A DNA stretch of 64,000 bases, taken from assembly GCA_027294455.1 (NCBI GenBank), contig JAPULZ010000079.1, positions 10 through 64,009 on the forward strand, given 5' to 3'. The notes beneath the pieces were generated by a model, which made no database searches, was not told the origin of the DNA, and saw only the letters and a list, made by a program, of their open reading frames with translations. Of this stretch, positions 45,271 through 55,325 are shown one piece after another. Source of the stretch: Gemmatimonadota bacterium (GTDB lineage Bacteria; Gemmatimonadota; Gemmatimonadetes; Gemmatimonadales; GWC2-71-9). How positions within the stretch are numbered: position 1 is the stretch's first letter; each line of letters starts with the position of its first letter. Both the position numbers and the translations under genes were made by a program.

Positions 45271-47739
45271 ATGGCCAAATCCTCCCCTCGAAGGGCTCCG
45301 GAATTCGGCGACAATGCCCTGACCGTCCTCAAGCGGCGGTACCTGATCAAGAATGACCAGGGGGAGCCCGCCGAGAACCCGGAGGATTTGCTCTGGAGGG
45401 TGGCCACCACGATTGCCGCGCCCGATTCTCGGTACGGTGCGAGCGATGGGGCCGTCGAGGCGTTGGCCGAAGCGTTCTATGATCTGATGACCACCCGGGT
45501 GTGGATGCCCAACAGCCCCACACTCATGAACGCGGGCCGGCCCCTGGGCCAGCTCTCCGCCTGTTTCGTATTGCCGGTGGACGACGCCCTCTCCAACGGC
45601 AAGTCGGGCATCTACGACACGCTACGCAACATGGCGCTCGTCCATCAGTCGGGTGGGGGAACGGGCTTTGGATTCTCCCGGCTTCGGCCCCGGAGCGCGA
45701 TCGTGCGCTCCACCATGGGCGTGGCCTCGGGTCCGGTGTCGTTCATGTCGCTGTACGATGCCTCGACCGAGGTCGTGAAGCAGGGGGGAACGCGCCGCGG
45801 GGCCAACATGGGGATTCTCCGCATCGATCACCCCGACATTCTCGAATTCGTCACGTGCAAAGACGACATCTCCAAGGTCACGAACTTCAACATCTCGGTG
45901 GCGGTCACCGACGCGTTCATGGAGGCGGTTGCGCAGGACGACGACTACGACCTGCTCGATCCCCGCAGCGAGCGGGTCGTGGGCTCGCTCAATGCCAGGG
46001 AAGTGTTTGCCAAGATCATCCACGGAGCGTGGAAAACAGGTGAGCCGGGGGTGTTCTTCATCGACAAGGCGAACCAGTACAACCCCGTGCCGCACCTCGG
46101 CAGCTACGAGGCCACCAATCCGTGCGGCGAACAGCCGCTGTTGCCGTACGACGTGTGCAATCTCGGGTCGGTGAACGTCGGATTGTTCGTCAAGGACGGG
46201 GATGTGGATTGGGACGGGCTGGCCAAGGCGGTCCACCTCTGTACGCATTTCCTCGAGAACGTCATCGACGCCAACAAGTACCCCTTGCCGCAGATCACGA
46301 ATCTGGCGCAGCGCATTCGCCGCATCGGCTTGGGCGTCATGGGCTGGGCGGACTTGCTGGTGACGCTCGGCATTCCGTACAGCTCCGACGAAGCCGTCGC
46401 CCTGGGGTGCAAGCTGATGCAGTTCGTGGATGAGGAGTGCAAGGTCGAAAGCGAGCGTTTGGCAAAACTCCGCGGCGTGTTCCCCGAGTGGGAGCAGAGT
46501 ATCTGGGGGCCGGACGCCACGTGCGCCCGGGACGCCGACGGGAACCGGATCCGGTCGATGCGGCGTCTGAGGAACTGCAACTTGACCACGGTGGCGCCCA
46601 CCGGGACGATCTCCATCATCGCCGGGTGTTCGTCGGGAATCGAGCCGCTCTTTGCGGTGGCGTTCATGCGGAACCAGGCCGGCGTGCTCATGCCCGACGT
46701 GAACGAGCAATTCGTCCAGATCGCCAAGCGTGAAGGCTGGTACTCCGAGGAGCTGATGACCCGCATCGCCGAGGCGGGCCACATCCACTTCGACGAGGTA
46801 CCGGAGCAGTGGCAGCGGGTGTTTGTGGCGGCCCACGACGTGACGCCCGAGTCGCACATCCGTATGCAGGCCGCCTTCCAGGAGTACACGGACAGCGCGA
46901 TTAGCAAGACGTGCAATTTTCCCCAGGGCGCCACCGAAGACGACGTGCGGCAGATCTACGAGCTGGCGCACTCGCTCAACTGCAAAGGCGTCACGGTCTA
47001 CCGCGACGGCAGCCGTGAAGGTCAGGTGCTCTCCACCGGCAGCACGGCGAAACAGGTGGCCGGCCAGCATCAAGAGGTCACTCGCGAGGGCGCCGCGGAG
47101 TTCAAGTCGCGTATCGCCGAGCTGGAAGCCGAGTTGGCCCGGACCAAGCAGACCCTCCATGAGGTGGAGAGCGAAAACCTTCAGCGGCGGGCCACGCGGT
47201 CCCGCCCCGAGCTGCTGCGGGGCACGACGCGTCGGGTGGACACGCCCATGGGCACGATGTACGTGACCATCACCGAGGACGACAAAGGCCAGCCGTTCGA
47301 GATCTTCATGAGCCTCGGCAAGGCGGGCGGCGCCTTGATGTCCGATGTCGAGGCGATCGGACGATTGGTGTCCCTGGCATTGCGCTCGGGCATCCCCCTG
47401 AGCACGATTTACCGGCAACTACGTGGCATCTCCTCCGATCGGACCATCGGGCTCGGACCGAACAAGGTCATGTCCGTCCCCGACGCGGTGGGCATCGCGC
47501 TGGAGAAGTGGATGCAGGAGAAGCAGGGTGTGCAGCAGGATCTGTTGGATAGCCCGACCGGCGACGCGGCCGTCACCGTCGTTCCCAAGGCCGAGAGCGG
47601 GCCGTCCGGCGAACTGATGCAGTACTCCCACGTGGATCACCAACTCTTCACCGGGGCCTGCCCTGATTGCGGCTCCCAGCTCGAATTCGCCGAAGGCTGC
47701 AAGAAGTGCCACACCTGTGGCTACAGCGAATGCGGTTGA
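45271..47739 (+). CDS. nrdJ: Class II (B12-dependent) ribonucleotide reductase with C-terminal TSCPD/zinc-finger domain
   Basis: PNSPTLMNAG, LSACF, GGGTG, RRGANM, TNPCGEQ, APTGTIS, KGVTVYRDG, SVPD, CPDC..CHTCGYSECG. Confidence 0.96.
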   Translation: MAKSSPRRAPEFGDNALTVLKRRYLIKNDQGEPAENPEDLLWRVATTIAAPDSRYGASDGAVEALAEAFYDLMTTRVWMPNSPTLMNAGRPLGQLSACFVLPVDDALSNGKSGIYDTLRNMALVHQSGGGTGFGFSRLRPRSAIVRSTMGVASGPVSFMSLYDASTEVVKQGGTRRGANMGILRIDHPDILEFVTCKDDISKVTNFNISVAVTDAFMEAVAQDDDYDLLDPRSERVVGSLNAREVFAKIIHGAWKTGEPGVFFIDKANQYNPVPHLGSYEATNPCGEQPLLPYDVCNLGSVNVGLFVKDGDVDWDGLAKAVHLCTHFLENVIDANKYPLPQITNLAQRIRRIGLGVMGWADLLVTLGIPYSSDEAVALGCKLMQFVDEECKVESERLAKLRGVFPEWEQSIWGPDATCARDADGNRIRSMRRLRNCNLTTVAPTGTISIIAGCSSGIEPLFAVAFMRNQAGVLMPDVNEQFVQIAKREGWYSEELMTRIAEAGHIHFDEVPEQWQRVFVAAHDVTPESHIRMQAAFQEYTDSAISKTCNFPQGATEDDVRQIYELAHSLNCKGVTVYRDGSREGQVLSTGSTAKQVAGQHQEVTREGAAEFKSRIAELEAELARTKQTLHEVESENLQRRATRSRPELLRGTTRRVDTPMGTMYVTITEDDKGQPFEIFMSLGKAGGALMSDVEAIGRLVSLALRSGIPLSTIYRQLRGISSDRTIGLGPNKVMSVPDAVGIALEKWMQEKQGVQQDLLDSPTGDAAVTVVPKAESGPSGELMQYSHVDHQLFTGACPDCGSQLEFAEGCKKCHTCGYSECG

Positions 47740-47773
47740 GATGAGCTAGCGCGCCCATGGATGGAAGGGCTTG

Positions 47774-47887
47774 GTGCATCGGCGGGGCTGGAAACTGGTC
47801 CTCGTGTTCGTGGCGTTCTATCTCATCCGAGATGTCATCCTCTACCTGCTCATTCCCCTCGCCGTGATCGCCGGTTTCCGGGGGTAG
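47774..47887 (+). CDS. Small single-TM protein (37 aa), not in the ORF track
   Basis: GTG after GGAAGG; MHRRGWKLVLVFVAFYLIRDVILYLLIPLAVIAGFRG; GC3-biased codons. Confidence 0.55.
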   Translation: MHRRGWKLVLVFVAFYLIRDVILYLLIPLAVIAGFRG

Positions 47888-47949
47888 CGCACCAACCCCC
47901 GCTCTAGAGGAGGCGTCCTGGCGTCCGTGCCGGCTATATTTGAGATCCC

Positions 47950-49182
47950 ATGGCAGCAATAAACCGCCGTTCCACCGTCACGACCTGGGTCGGGGGCGTG
48001 CCCGTAGGGTCCGCCCACCCCGTGGTCGTGCAGTCCATGACCAACACCGACTCCGCCGATGTGGAGAGCACGGTGGAGCAGGTAGCCGCCCTGGCAGAGG
48101 CGGGATCCCAGCTGGTTCGGATCACGGTCAACAACGATGCGGCTGCCCAGGCCGTGCCGGAGATCGCCCGGGGCCTCGAGGCCCGGGGGATCGGCGTGCC
48201 CATCATCGGCGACTTCCACTACAACGGCCACCTCTTGCTCACCAAGTACCCGGCCTGCGCCGAGGCACTGGCCAAGTATCGCATCAACCCCGGTAACGTC
48301 GGGAGCAAGCGGCGGGACGAGAATTTCCGAACCATCATCGAGGTGGCCCTGGAGCATGAGAAACCCGTACGGATCGGGGTGAACTGGGGCTCGCTGGATC
48401 GCAACCTCCTCAGCCAGATGATGGACGAGAACGCCGAGCGCAGCGAACCGCAGGACGCTCGGGACGTCATGCTGGATGCCATGGTGGAGAGTGCCATGCG
48501 ATCAGCCCGCCTGGCCGAAGACATCGGCCTGCCGCACGAACGGATCATTCTCTCGGCTAAGGTTTCCAACATTCAAGATCTGGTGGACTGCTACCGTCGG
48601 CTTGCACCGCTGGCGGATTACCCTCTGCATCTCGGGCTCACCGAAGCGGGCATGGACATCAAGGGCGTCGTGGCCAGCTCGGCCGCCCTCGCGATCCTGC
48701 TGCAAGAGGGCATCGGCGACACGATTCGCGTGTCCCTCACCCCCAAGCCCGACGGCGACCGACGCGAAGAAGTACGCGTGTCACAGCAGATCCTGCAGTC
48801 GCTCGGTCTGCGGAGCTTCTTGCCCGATGTAGTGGCGTGCCCCGGGTGTGGTCGGACGACCAGCACGTACTTCCAGCAGCTGGCCGAGGACATCCAAGAC
48901 TATTTGCGGGATCAGATGCCGGTTTGGAAAGAGACACATCCGGGTGTGGAGGCACTGCGGGTGGCAGTGATGGGATGTGTGGTCAACGGCCCGGGAGAAT
49001 CGAAACACGCCGACATCGGCATCTCGTTGCCAGGGACCTTCGAGGAGCCCAAGGCGCCGGTCTATATCGACGGTGAGTTCAGCGTGACGCTCAAAGGCGA
49101 CCGGTTGGTCGAGGAGTTCATCGACATCCTCAACGACTACGTGGCCCGGCGGTATCCGTCACCAGCCGTTCCGGCGTCCTAG
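47950..49182 (+). CDS. ispG: (E)-4-hydroxy-3-methylbut-2-enyl-diphosphate synthase
   Basis: [53 protein letters not shown]. Confidence 0.97.
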   Translation: MAAINRRSTVTTWVGGVPVGSAHPVVVQSMTNTDSADVESTVEQVAALAEAGSQLVRITVNNDAAAQAVPEIARGLEARGIGVPIIGDFHYNGHLLLTKYPACAEALAKYRINPGNVGSKRRDENFRTIIEVALEHEKPVRIGVNWGSLDRNLLSQMMDENAERSEPQDARDVMLDAMVESAMRSARLAEDIGLPHERIILSAKVSNIQDLVDCYRRLAPLADYPLHLGLTEAGMDIKGVVASSAALAILLQEGIGDTIRVSLTPKPDGDRREEVRVSQQILQSLGLRSFLPDVVACPGCGRTTSTYFQQLAEDIQDYLRDQMPVWKETHPGVEALRVAVMGCVVNGPGESKHADIGISLPGTFEEPKAPVYIDGEFSVTLKGDRLVEEFIDILNDYVARRYPSPAVPAS

Positions 49183-49207
49183 TCCCGGACGGCGCGAGGG
49201 AACTGGG

Positions 49208-49333
49208 CTCTGTGGCTCAGTTCAGAATCACTCCACACAGGCAAGCGCTGGCCGTCATCACCTTACCAGAGGCGAGATTTTTGGTACGCGGTCGATGACT
49301 GTTTTGCCACAGAGAACACGGACGGCACAGAGA
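49208..49333. repeat. REP-like CACAGAG elements
   Basis: CTCTGTGGC (49208-16) inverted with GCCACAGAG (49306-14); second CACAGAGA at 49326-33. Confidence 0.4.
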
Positions 49334-49349
49334 AATTGGAAATGCTGAC

Positions 49350-50123
49350 GTGACGGGTCCACTCGACGAGGCAGCCGGGCTGCTCCGCGGGGCCAAGCGC
49401 GTGGTAGTGTTGACGGGTGCGGGCATGTCGGCGGAATCCGGCGTGCCCACGTTTCGGGACGCGCAGTCCGGCTGGTGGGCGCGATACGACCCGGAGGACC
49501 TGGCCACCGAGCGGGCGTTCCGGCGCAATCCGGACCGCGTGTTTGCGTGGTATGTGTCGCGACTGCACGCCGTGCGCCGGGCAGAGCCGCACGACGGATA
49601 TCACGCGCTGGTGCGGCTGGCGACGTTGCTCGAGGGTGTCTTGACCGTGGTGACGCAGAATGTCGATGGGCTCCACGGCCGCGCCGGGAGCCGGGACGTC
49701 GTGGAATTGCACGGCTCTCTAGAAGCGTTCCGATGCATCGCATGTCGGCACCCGGCATCGGCGGACGACATTGCACGGTTGGAAGACGGTGCCACAGTGA
49801 TCCACCCCCCGGCGTGTGCCAAATGCGGTAACTTTATCCGGCCGGGGGTCGTGTGGTTCGGCGAGACGTTGCCTGTCGACGCGATGGAGCGAGCCTGGCG
49901 TGCGGCGAGGACCGCGGATGTCGCGTTGGTCGTCGGGACGTCTTCCCTCGTGTATCCGGCGGCCGAGTTACCGTCGTTAGTCGCCGCGGGCGGGGGCCGG
50001 ATCGTGGAGATCAATCCGCACGAGACACCACTCAGCTGCCGGGCCGATGTGTACTGGCCGGCGGCGGCGGGCGAGGCGCTTCCGGCGCTGGTTGCCGCTT
50101 GTGGCGGATCGGTTGCAAAATGA
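49350..50123 (+). CDS. cobB: NAD-dependent protein deacylase (class III sirtuin)
   Basis: TGAGMSAESGVPTFR, WYVSR (YxxR), QNVDGLH, HGS, two CxxC, RPGVVWFGE, GTS. Confidence 0.95.
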   Translation: MTGPLDEAAGLLRGAKRVVVLTGAGMSAESGVPTFRDAQSGWWARYDPEDLATERAFRRNPDRVFAWYVSRLHAVRRAEPHDGYHALVRLATLLEGVLTVVTQNVDGLHGRAGSRDVVELHGSLEAFRCIACRHPASADDIARLEDGATVIHPPACAKCGNFIRPGVVWFGETLPVDAMERAWRAARTADVALVVGTSSLVYPAAELPSLVAAGGGRIVEINPHETPLSCRADVYWPAAAGEALPALVAACGGSVAK

Positions 50124-50136
50124 ATGGAGTGACGTG

Positions 50137-51567
50137 GTGAAGTACGATCCCCGTTTTCGTCGAACCAAGATCGTCGCCACCGTCGGGCCGGCGTCCTCCG
50201 ATGAGGACGTGATTCAGGCCATGATCGAGGCCGGCGTCGCCGTCATGCGGATCAACAGCTCCCACGGCACGCCGGAGTTCCGGGGGGCGGTGATGGACCG
50301 CATTCGCAACGTGCGCGACCGGCTCCGGCAGTCGGTGGCCATCCTCGTCGATTTGCAGGGACCACGTATTCGGGTTGGTGCGTTGGCGGAGTCCCGCCAG
50401 CTCGTCGAGGACGGCGAGGTGAGTTTCGCTCCTGAAGACGAGGCGACCGGGGACGACATTCCGACGACGTACGGTCAGTTGGCCGAGGACGTCACCGTCG
50501 GCACGCGCATCCTTCTGGATGACGGGTTGTTGGAAGTCACCGTGACGGCTGTGCACGGTGCGAAGATAACTTGCCGGGTGGTGCACGGGGGGGAGCTGAA
50601 GAGCCACAAGGGCATGAACCTTCCCGACATTCGCGTCAGTGCACCGTCGGTTACCGAGAAAGACCGGGACGACATCGCGCTGGCCGTGGAGCACGGCGCG
50701 GATTTCGTGGGCCTGTCGTTTGTCAGGAGGCATCAGGACGTGGAATCGCTGCGCGGATTGTTGCCGGCGGGAATGCGCATCGTGTCCAAGATCGAGAAGG
50801 CAGCGGCCCTCGAAGACCTGACGAGCATCGTGGATACTACGGATGCGATCATGGTTGCCCGGGGCGATCTCGGGGTGGAGTTGCCGTTCGAGGAAGTGCC
50901 GGTGGCCCAGAAACGGGTCATCAGTCTCGCCAACCAATTTGGCCGGCCGGTGATCACGGCAACCCAGATGTTGGAATCCATGATCGAGAAGCCTCGCCCG
51001 ACTCGTGCCGAAGCCTCGGACGTGGCCAACGCGGTGCTCGACGGCACCGATGCGGTGATGTTGTCGGCGGAGACCGCGGTGGGGGCGTACCCGGTCGAGG
51101 CGGTGCAAGCCATGGCGCGGATTGTCGAGCGCACGGAATCAGCGCACATGATCGCAGAGATACCCGAGCGACAGCGCCTCAACCGCCGGTTCGCCGATGA
51201 GGGTCCGGAAACGGCGGACGCCATTGCCGCAGCCACGTGCGCGGCGGCCGAGATGCTCCGCGTTCCCCTGATCGTGTGTTTTACCCACAGCGGCTTCACG
51301 GCCCGCAAGTTGGCGGCGTGTCGCCCGAGCGTTCCCATCATCGGTCTCACCACCGAGTCTTCCACGTTCCACCGACTCGCCCTCACCTGGGGCGTGCACG
51401 CCGCTCTGGAGGAATCGCAGCCGACGTATGATCGCATGCTCGCGCTCGCCCGAGACTATCTCACGTCGCGCGACTACGTGCAGGAGGGGGATCGGGTCGT
51501 CGTGACGGCCGGCGTTCCCTTCGACACTCCCGGCACCACCAACCTGCTCAAGGTCGAAGTCGTCTGA
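50137..51567 (+). CDS. pyk: Pyruvate kinase
   Basis: RRTKIVATVGPAS, DLQGP, KIEK, MVARGDLGVE, ATQMLESM, PTRAE, DAVMLS. Confidence 0.97.
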   Translation: MKYDPRFRRTKIVATVGPASSDEDVIQAMIEAGVAVMRINSSHGTPEFRGAVMDRIRNVRDRLRQSVAILVDLQGPRIRVGALAESRQLVEDGEVSFAPEDEATGDDIPTTYGQLAEDVTVGTRILLDDGLLEVTVTAVHGAKITCRVVHGGELKSHKGMNLPDIRVSAPSVTEKDRDDIALAVEHGADFVGLSFVRRHQDVESLRGLLPAGMRIVSKIEKAAALEDLTSIVDTTDAIMVARGDLGVELPFEEVPVAQKRVISLANQFGRPVITATQMLESMIEKPRPTRAEASDVANAVLDGTDAVMLSAETAVGAYPVEAVQAMARIVERTESAHMIAEIPERQRLNRRFADEGPETADAIAAATCAAAEMLRVPLIVCFTHSGFTARKLAACRPSVPIIGLTTESSTFHRLALTWGVHAALEESQPTYDRMLALARDYLTSRDYVQEGDRVVVTAGVPFDTPGTTNLLKVEVV

Positions 51568-52340
51568 TGCAAGCGGTGGTGTTGGGATCAGGCACGTCCA
51601 TGGGTGTTCCCGTCCTGGGTTGCACCTGCCCGGTGTGCCGTTCGGACGATCCCCGCGATCGACGGACCAGAGTGGGGGGTCTTGTCGAAGGGGCGGACGG
51701 GCGGCGGATCTTGATCGACACGCCCCCGGAGCTGCGGCTGCAACTGCTGTCGGCGGAGGTGGATGCCATCGATGCGGTGTTGTACACGCATGACCATGCC
51801 GATCATGTGCACGGCATCGACGATTTGCGCGCCATCTGGCGGCGCAACGGCGCGTTGCCGCTCTACGGTCCGGCCGACACGCTGGAGCGCATCTCCCATC
51901 GGTTCGACTACATCTTCGATCCGGCCGTCGTGGCGCCCCAGGGCACCTCGAAGCCCAATCTGGAGCCACGTCCGCTCGAGGCGGGACGCGAGGTGGAGAT
52001 CGCGGGCATGCGTGTGTTGCCCATCGCCCTGTCGCACGGGGCCATGACCGTCTTCGGCTATCGCTTTGGACCGTTCGCGTACCTCACCGACGCCAAAACG
52101 GTGCCTGACGAGGCAATCGCGGCGCTCCGGGGTGTGCGCGTCCTGGTGCTGAACGCCTTGTTCGACCGGCCCCATCCCACCCATCTATCCATATCGGAGG
52201 CCATCGACGTCGCGCGCACCGTCGAGGCCGAACAGACGTTTCTGACCCACCTCACGCACCAGTTCAGCCACAAAGAGCTGGCCGCCAGGCTCCCCGAGGG
52301 GGTCGCCCCGGCGTACGACGGATTGAGGGTCACGTTTTGA
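51567..52340 (+). CDS. MBL-fold metallo-hydrolase, PhnP-like
   Basis: LGSGTSMGVP..GC.C.VC, THDHADHVHG, YLTD, THLTH. Confidence 0.92.
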   Translation: MQAVVLGSGTSMGVPVLGCTCPVCRSDDPRDRRTRVGGLVEGADGRRILIDTPPELRLQLLSAEVDAIDAVLYTHDHADHVHGIDDLRAIWRRNGALPLYGPADTLERISHRFDYIFDPAVVAPQGTSKPNLEPRPLEAGREVEIAGMRVLPIALSHGAMTVFGYRFGPFAYLTDAKTVPDEAIAALRGVRVLVLNALFDRPHPTHLSISEAIDVARTVEAEQTFLTHLTHQFSHKELAARLPEGVAPAYDGLRVTF

Positions 52341-52429
52341 CGGCCTCCCAGGTAAATTTCGGTCCATGACACGGCGGCACGATTGGAACGTGTTCCCGTG
52401 CCACGGCACCGTGGACAACAGGGGGATGT

Positions 52430-52870
52430 ATGAGTGAACACCGTGAACCGTCAGTTGTGGTCGTCGAGCGCTCCGACAGCGGGCTGGGAGGGTTCCTGTT
52501 CGGCCTGGCCTTTGGCGCGGGCCTCGCGCTGTTGCTCGCTCCGAACACCGGTGAGGAGACCCGCCGCCAGTTGAAGAACACGGGGCGCCGGTTCCGGGCG
52601 GCGGCGGCGGAGAAGGCCGAGGACCTCCAGGAAGCGTTGAGTGCCGGATTCGAGCGGACGCGAGACCGAGTCGACGAGGAGCTCGAGAACGTTCGCGAAG
52701 TGTTCGACGAAAAACGCGAGGGCGCGAAGGAAGCGGTGGATGCGGGCAAGGCCGCGGTCCGATCCGCCCGGTCGGAGCTGGAGCGGCGCCTGTCCAAGTC
52801 CAAGTCCAAGTCCGCGAAGACCGCGGCCCGGAGAAGCGGCAACCGCAAGAAAGCGGACGACGAGGAGTAA
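52430..52870 (+). CDS. YtxH domain protein
   Basis: FLFGLAFGAGLALLLAPNTGEETR followed by charged helices. Confidence 0.9.
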   Translation: MSEHREPSVVVVERSDSGLGGFLFGLAFGAGLALLLAPNTGEETRRQLKNTGRRFRAAAAEKAEDLQEALSAGFERTRDRVDEELENVREVFDEKREGAKEAVDAGKAAVRSARSELERRLSKSKSKSAKTAARRSGNRKKADDEE

Positions 52871-52892
52871 CCCTCCGCCAGCCGACGGCGTC

Positions 52893-53921
52893 TTGCTTGC
52901 CATCGATCTGCGGAGCGATACCGTCTCGGTGCCTTCGTCCGCCATGCGCGCCGCGATCGCGGAGGCGGAGGTGGGTGACGACGTGTTGGACGGCGACCCC
53001 ACGACGAGACGGCTAGAGGCCGACGTCGCACGGCTCCTCGGCCACGAGGCGGCCCTGTTCTTTCCCACCGGCACCCAGGCGAATCAGGTAGCGCTAAGCT
53101 TGTTGAGCGAGCCGGGCACCGAAATCGTCGTGGAGGAATGCGCGCACCTCACAGACTGCGAAGAAGCCGCCGCTGCGGCGTTGTGGGGTGTACAGCTTCG
53201 CACAGTGAAAACCCCCGACGGTGTCATGACCGCCGACCTGGTACGGGAGCGGATCCGGCAGGGCCGATTTTGTCCGCGGACGTCGGCCATCGCCGTCGAG
53301 AACACCCACAACGCCGCCGGGGGCAAGGTGGCCGACCTCGAGACGATGGCGGCATTGCGGCAGCTCGCCGACTCGCACGAGCTGCCGCTGCACATCGACG
53401 GTGCCCGGCTGTGGAATGCCGCCCATGCGCTGGGATGCCCGCCCGAGCGACTGGCCCAATTCGGCACCACCGTCATGGTGAGTTTTTCCAAGGGGCTGGG
53501 ATGTCCGGCCGGGGCGTGTCTCGTCGGGCCGGAGTCGTTGTTGGAGCGTGCCGTAGCGATACGCCGGCAATTGGGGGGTGGGATGCGTCAATCCGGGATC
53601 CTGGCCGCGGCGTGTCTCTTCGCCTTGGAGCACAACCTCGCGCGCTTGGGAGAGGATCATGCCAGGGCCCAAATCGCGGCCAGGATGCTGGAGCACCACG
53701 CAGAGGTCACCCCGGTGCCGCCGGACACCAACATCGTGATGCTCGATCTCCGGACGTTGGCGGCGGACGAGGCGGCGCGGCGCCTCGCGGCCGCCGGCGT
53801 GCTGGTGTCGGTCTTCGGACCTCGTCGGTTGCGGCTCGTGACGCATCTTTGTGTGAGCGAGCAGGACGTGCGGGAAGCCGCCCAAACCATCGATCACGTA
53901 CTCGGTGAAGGGGGCTCGTGA
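52893..53921 (+). CDS. ltaE: Low-specificity L-threonine aldolase
   Basis: IDLRSDTV, VGDDV, ENTHN, HIDGARLWNA, SKGLG, GGGMRQ; TTG start inferred. Confidence 0.92.
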   Translation: MLAIDLRSDTVSVPSSAMRAAIAEAEVGDDVLDGDPTTRRLEADVARLLGHEAALFFPTGTQANQVALSLLSEPGTEIVVEECAHLTDCEEAAAAALWGVQLRTVKTPDGVMTADLVRERIRQGRFCPRTSAIAVENTHNAAGGKVADLETMAALRQLADSHELPLHIDGARLWNAAHALGCPPERLAQFGTTVMVSFSKGLGCPAGACLVGPESLLERAVAIRRQLGGGMRQSGILAAACLFALEHNLARLGEDHARAQIAARMLEHHAEVTPVPPDTNIVMLDLRTLAADEAARRLAAAGVLVSVFGPRRLRLVTHLCVSEQDVREAAQTIDHVLGEGGS

Positions 53922-55264
53922 GCGTTGTCATCGTCGGAGCTGGCGAAGTCGGTTTTCACGTGGCGCAACGCCTCTCGAATGAGGGGGAGACGGTCGTGGT
54001 GGTGGACGTGGCGCGGGAGCGGCTGGACTATGTCGACAGTCACCTGGACGTCGGGGTGATCGAGGGAAACGGTGCGAGTCCCGCCGTATTGCGCCGGGCC
54101 GGTGTCGAAAAAGCTACCCTCTTCGTGGCGGTGACCAGTCTCGACGAGGTCAATCTCGTTGCTTGCATGGCGGCGCGGGGTGGACCGGATCTGGTGAAGG
54201 TGGTGCGGGTCTCCAACCCGGATTTTTACACCGAGGCACGGGATCTCGACGCCGCGCAATTCGGCGTCGACGTGATGATCAACCCAGAGCGGGAGTTGGC
54301 GATCGATACCCTGCATTTGCTGCAATCGACCGTGGCGACGGACATCGCCGCGTTCTCCGACGGCAAGGTCCAGCTGATGAGCCTCGAGGTCGAGGCAAAC
54401 GCGCCGATTGTCAATCGGAGTCTGGCGGACATCACGCTCGAGATCCCCGACGTGCCGTTGTTGACGGCCGCCATCGATCGCGGGGGGGAGACGTTGGTGC
54501 CGGACGGATCGACGGTCGTGCGGGCGGGCGATCAGGTGTACGTCGTGGCCACGGCCGAGGCGGTGAACAAGGCCCTCGAGTTGACCGGGCATCCGGCGGC
54601 CAAGCTCAACCGCGTGATGATTGCGGGCGGAAGCGTGGAGGCCTACTACCTCGCCCAGCTCCTCGAGGAGAACCGCGTGCATGCCACCATGCTCGTGCAT
54701 GAACGGGCCCGTGCGGGGGAGCTGGCGGAGAAGTTGCCCAAGACCCTCATCCTCAGCGGGGATGCCACGGACGTCGAGCTGTTGGAGGCCGAGGGGGTGG
54801 GAGACATGGACGCGTTCGTGGCCCTGACTGACGAGGATCGGACCAACATTCTGTCCTCGCTCGTGGCGAAACATGCCGGGGCGAAGCAGGTCGTCACGCT
54901 GGTCAATAAGATTGAATACGTTTCGCTGGCACGCCACATCGGGCTGGACGCTGCGGTGAGTCCCCGCCTGTCAGCGGCGAATGCGATTCTCCGCGGCGTG
55001 CACCACGGCAGCGTGACGCGGGTGTCGACGTTCAAGGACACCGACGCCGAAGCGATTTCATTCAAGGTCTCCCCGGCGTGTCCCATCGTCGGCCAGCCGC
55101 TCATGGCGACCGACTTCCCCAAGGGCGCCATCGTGGCCGCGATCCTCCGCGGGGAGTCCGCGATCATTCCCCGCGGGAGCGATTCGTTGCACGCGGGTGA
55201 TACCGCCGTCGTATTCGCCCTGCCGGACGCCGTCGCGAACGTGACGAAGTTGTTTCCCGGTTGA
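53918..55264 (+). CDS. trkA: Trk potassium uptake regulatory subunit TrkA
   Basis: GAGEVG, two RCK-N/RCK-C pairs, INPE, GDATD, VSPR, IIPRG. Confidence 0.95.
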   Translation: MSVVIVGAGEVGFHVAQRLSNEGETVVVVDVARERLDYVDSHLDVGVIEGNGASPAVLRRAGVEKATLFVAVTSLDEVNLVACMAARGGPDLVKVVRVSNPDFYTEARDLDAAQFGVDVMINPERELAIDTLHLLQSTVATDIAAFSDGKVQLMSLEVEANAPIVNRSLADITLEIPDVPLLTAAIDRGGETLVPDGSTVVRAGDQVYVVATAEAVNKALELTGHPAAKLNRVMIAGGSVEAYYLAQLLEENRVHATMLVHERARAGELAEKLPKTLILSGDATDVELLEAEGVGDMDAFVALTDEDRTNILSSLVAKHAGAKQVVTLVNKIEYVSLARHIGLDAAVSPRLSAANAILRGVHHGSVTRVSTFKDTDAEAISFKVSPACPIVGQPLMATDFPKGAIVAAILRGESAIIPRGSDSLHAGDTAVVFALPDAVANVTKLFPG

Positions 55265-55325
55265 GGTACAGGGTGCTTCCGGGCCGGTTGTGGCGCGCGC
55301 GCTCCGGCCTGAGTAACTTTCCCAT

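Noticed and set aside
45271-47739. Intein or intron in nrdJ
   Set aside because: Catalytic motifs are contiguous and no splice motifs were seen.
52793-52813. (TCCAAG)n repeat
   Set aside because: Encodes a Ser-Lys tail of YtxH; not CRISPR-like.
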